Origin: a virus
Lineage: Duplodnaviria; Caudoviricetes
Strand: one strand, 5' to 3'
IMG/VR virus record: IMGVR_UViG_3300021438_000003
Location: 1-57,641 of that record
DNA length: 57,641 bases
In this document: positions 55,350 to 57,641 of the stretch, in pieces
Numbering within the stretch: the stretch's first letter is position 1
Layout: each line of letters starts with the position of its first letter
Program-made: the position numbers and the translations under genes
Notes under the pieces: generated by a model
Told to the model about the DNA's origin: nothing
The model's input: only the letters and a program-made list of their open reading frames with translations
Database searches by the model: none

Positions 55350-55714
55350 TATATTACCTCCCAATCGTTGGCTTCTATATCCTCAACAGTTACAGCTATT
55401 GGGTATAAATCATATTTACTAAACCATTCTTTTTCTCCTATTCTTCTTATTTGTTTTCCATCTTTATAAAATTCCTTAGCTATATTAAATGCTATAGGGA
55501 TAGGTTCTACTGTATGATACCAACCATTGAGCATTGTTTTACAATTTATCTTTATAATATTATCAATATCAACTAATACAAAATGTTCAGAGTCGTTATA
55601 TTTACGATACATTTTTAATTCATGATCTATTAATTGATATATTACATAAGGCATAATTTCGTGATGGATTTTCTTGCCGTCCTGTAGTAATTTCAGTGCT
55701 TCTGATATATTCAT
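55349..55714 (-). CDS. Tandem two-domain Tad2/DUF2829-like protein
   Basis: MNISEALKLLQDGKKI...NGW and AFNIAKEFYKDGKQIRR...EDIEANDWEVI. Confidence 0.7.
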   Translation of the reverse strand: MNISEALKLLQDGKKIHHEIMPYVIYQLIDHELKMYRKYNDSEHFVLVDIDNIIKINCKTMLNGWYHTVEPIPIAFNIAKEFYKDGKQIRRIGEKEWFSKYDLYPIAVTVEDIEANDWEVI

Positions 55715-55716
55715 TT

Positions 55717-56007
55717 TTAGTCCTCCTTTTTTGTAATAGTTTCTTCATCAAATTTTGCATTTAATTCAATTATTATAGGTAAAAAAACCTTTAGTTCGTT
55801 AAGATCGAATGCGTTATCTATTAAAAGTCGAAGCTGGATACTCAATAACTCATCATTTTTAAATATATAACCCTCTTTATTATCCTCAATCTCTTCCTTA
55901 GTCATGATGCTAAAGTTTTTATTACCATCATGAACTAGGAAAGTATGGTTATTAGGGTTTTCAAAACAGATATAGAGTGTTTTAGGCTCTTTTATCAATT
56001 CACTCAT
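55717..56007 (-). CDS. Hypothetical protein
   Basis: 96 aa in packed operon. Confidence 0.7.
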   Translation of the reverse strand: MSELIKEPKTLYICFENPNNHTFLVHDGNKNFSIMTKEEIEDNKEGYIFKNDELLSIQLRLLIDNAFDLNELKVFLPIIIELNAKFDEETITKKED

Positions 56008-56254
56008 TTATCTTAATTACCATATTAATATAGCCCTGCTCTTTCAATTCCTTTTCTTCCATACCTTCATTAAAAATCATCAAACATCTACGTTTCAGTT
56101 CAGACTCTAAAACATCAAGTCTTTTTCTATCTCCTGAATCCTTAAATAGATTGTAGGTATATACTAGATGCTCATCGCTCATAGCATACAAGGGAATAAA
56201 TATATCGTATGTCTCCCCGTCTTTTATCATTTTACTCATGTATTCTTTTCTCAT
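56000..56254 (-). CDS. Hypothetical protein
   Basis: 84 aa; MSDEHL...ELKRR motif. Confidence 0.7.
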   Translation of the reverse strand: MRKEYMSKMIKDGETYDIFIPLYAMSDEHLVYTYNLFKDSGDRKRLDVLESELKRRCLMIFNEGMEEKELKEQGYINMVIKINE

Positions 56255-56450
56255 TAATTTTCTCTATTATCCTATCTATTTTTGAGTTTAGAATATTACA
56301 ATCCCTAAAAGGTAACGGGTTAACGTAGTTATCCAACATATCACATAAAAAGTTTAGCGAATGTTCTATTATCTGATCATAAGTAAGATTATGTACTTCA
56401 ACGTAACGTTCATCATTTATAAGTTTTATTAATATATGTTGTTCTGACAC
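56232..56450 (-). CDS. Hypothetical protein, paralogue of 56781..56987
   Basis: EQ.I...NLTY...PLPFR...DRI.E.I shared. Confidence 0.7.
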   Translation of the reverse strand: MSEQHILIKLINDERYVEVHNLTYDQIIEHSLNFLCDMLDNYVNPLPFRDCNILNSKIDRIIEKINEKRIHE

Positions 56451-56479
56451 GGCTTCACTATATTTTTAAATTAAATATC

Positions 56480-56767
56480 TTAATTTCCTGAAAACTTTTT
56501 AAGCTTTTCGGAATTTATACTATTTCTAATATTATTCTGAATTATCCAACCATAGTCTTCAAATATAGCACGTATCTGATCGACATTAAGTTTACCCTCA
56601 CTAACCATTCTAGCCATTACTAAATTAAGAGCTAGCATGAGATTGTTAACTATCTCCATGTTAGCACCTTCAAACACAATACCTGTGTCAGTAATTAAAA
56701 ACATTCTTTTAAAGCCGTTTTTCTCGGCTAGTTTTGATAAATCTTTTAATAGTTCCTTTTTGCTCAT
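56480..56767 (-). CDS. Hypothetical protein
   Basis: 95 aa; GAGG RBS. Confidence 0.7.
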   Translation of the reverse strand: MSKKELLKDLSKLAEKNGFKRMFLITDTGIVFEGANMEIVNNLMLALNLVMARMVSEGKLNVDQIRAIFEDYGWIIQNNIRNSINSEKLKKFSGN

Positions 56768-56780
56768 TTTATTTCCTCAT

Positions 56781-56987
56781 CTATATATCTATTCTTTCAT
56801 TTATCCTATCCAGTTCCTTTTTCAACTCTTTAATATTTCTAAAAGGCAGAGGACTAGAATATTCAAGCGTTACGTAAACTAAAGCTTTTATCAAAGTCTC
56901 AACCGCTTCGTGATAAGTTAGATTAAATAATTTAGTACGAACTTTATCATCTACAGTTCTTCTCAATATTATTTTCTGTTCTAACAT
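56781..56987 (-). CDS. Hypothetical protein, paralogue of 56232..56450
   Basis: AGGAGG RBS; shared NLTY and PLPFR motifs. Confidence 0.7.
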   Translation of the reverse strand: MLEQKIILRRTVDDKVRTKLFNLTYHEAVETLIKALVYVTLEYSSPLPFRNIKELKKELDRINERIDI

Positions 56988-57188
56988 TTATTTCCTCCTT
57001 AATAAACAATTCAATATCTTACAACTATGAAATATCGTATTAGTAACATAAGGTTGTCTTTTATAATACTTAACTTCATATGGTAAAATTCTGATCTTAT
57101 TTCGAAGTACAAATTCATTTCTAGCAAAAAGTTTAATATCTTTTATTATCCTATCAATACTTGCTTCTAAATTTTCACTCATTTTCAT
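56988..57188 (-). CDS. Hypothetical protein, NK[IV]R[IL] family
   Basis: FVLRNKIRILP. Confidence 0.6.
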   Translation of the reverse strand: MKMSENLEASIDRIIKDIKLFARNEFVLRNKIRILPYEVKYYKRQPYVTNTIFHSCKILNCLLRRK

Positions 57189-57345
57189 ATAAATTACCAA
57201 AAGCCAGTATTATCTTCTTCTGTTCTTTTAATTTAAAAGACATCAACCTAATTTTGTTTTTCATTACAAGATCACAGTTAAAAGGTTTGTTGTTTCCATC
57301 ACCTATCCATAAAGTATTTATCAAACCACCTATATTTGCACTCAT
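57175..57345 (-). CDS. 56-aa protein, NK[IV]R[IL] family (not in ORF track)
   Basis: MSANIGG...LVMKNKIRLMSFKLK...NE*. Confidence 0.6.
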   Translation of the reverse strand: MSANIGGLINTLWIGDGNNKPFNCDLVMKNKIRLMSFKLKEQKKIILAFGNLYENE

Positions 57346-57346
57346 A

Positions 57347-57445
57347 TCAATCCCTGAATTCTTTTATAACCATAACTGCCAGTGCTACTATACCTATAAC
57401 CATTGGTATAGACTGTATTAAAAATACCATTTCTATATCACTCAT
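57347..57445 (-). CDS. 32-aa TM peptide (not in ORF track)
   Basis: MSDIEMVFLIQSIPMVIGIVALAVMVIKEFRD*; fills the gap after the XRE gene. Confidence 0.5.
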   Translation of the reverse strand: MSDIEMVFLIQSIPMVIGIVALAVMVIKEFRD

Positions 57446-57446
57446 T

Positions 57447-57641
57447 TTATTTACTTATTACCTTTGCAAGATTATTTATTGCTTCCTTTATTTTCTCATT
57501 CTTAATACTATGAAATGATCGCACCAGCTCTATTGTCAGACGTTCTTTAGCAAGCATGTTATTGTGCGTATTAATATCGTATTCTTCAATGAATGAAGTT
57601 ATTGGTTTATTTAGTTCATTACATATCAAAAGCAGTCTACC
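57447..57641 (-). CDS. XRE-family regulator, 3' part
   Basis: ORF-track 57447..57629 is in frame with the ORF starting at 295 after circularisation; ends ...RLTIELVRSFHSIKNEKIKEAINNLAKVISK*. Confidence 0.88.
   Translation of the reverse strand, partial: GRLLLICNELNKPITSFIEEYDINTHNNMLAKERLTIELVRSFHSIKNEKIKEAINNLAKVISK
57515..57641. repeat. Terminal direct repeat, right copy
   Basis: Exact copy of 1-127. Confidence 0.95.

Noticed and set aside
39524-57518. Plus-strand ORFs within the leftward arm (e.g. 39524, 40986, 41986, 48560, 52388, 52992, 57161)
   Set aside because: Shadows of minus-strand genes; some overlap better-supported short minus ORFs that I annotated.
57515-57641. 127-bp terminal repeat as a biological DTR
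   Set aside because: The length equals a standard assembler k-mer and it cuts through a gene, so it is best read as a circular-assembly overlap.
1-57641. Integrase, tRNA or rRNA genes
   Set aside because: No tyrosine/serine recombinase motifs, cloverleaf or rRNA-like sequence recognised by eye; a tRNAscan/HMM run would confirm.

Overview
The window is a complete, circularly assembled dsDNA tailed phage genome of about 57.5 kb. Bases 1-127 repeat exactly at 57515-57641, and an XRE regulator gene reads through the join. It is AT-rich (roughly 30% GC by eye, not computed) and podovirus-like. Layout: (i) a leftward early arm of many small genes (50.4-57.5 kb continuing into 0-3.9 kb); (ii) an iteron-rich, AT-rich non-coding switch region, probably the origin (3.9-4.8 kb); (iii) a rightward packaging and structural arm (TerS, intein-containing TerL, portal, GroES, scaffold, MCP, adaptors, patatin, two fibres, ejection proteins), interrupted by an accessory island at 30.1-32.9 kb; (iv) a leftward replication and lysis arm (primase-VapE, Cas4-like DUF2800, DUF2815 SSB, family-B polymerase, LysE, VRR-NUC, SNF2 helicase, holin candidate, lysozyme, PLD, Adr-like OMP, spanins). 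I found no integrase, partition, tRNA, CRISPR or reverse-transcriptase genes. A Rickettsia-type XRE protein, an Adr1/Adr2-like beta-barrel, PLD and patatin point to an intracellular Rickettsiales host (inference). The most notable candidates for undescribed biology are: (1) a promoter- and terminator-bounded antisense small RNA between terL and portal whose loop is complementary to a non-canonical GAGGACT ribosome-binding motif found before at least 14 leftward genes; (2) a family of about seven Tad2/DUF2829-like paralogues; (3) a lysis cassette and tail operon carrying lipases and an adhesin-like OMP, possibly for crossing eukaryotic membranes. All family assignments come from motif recognition by eye, not database searches.
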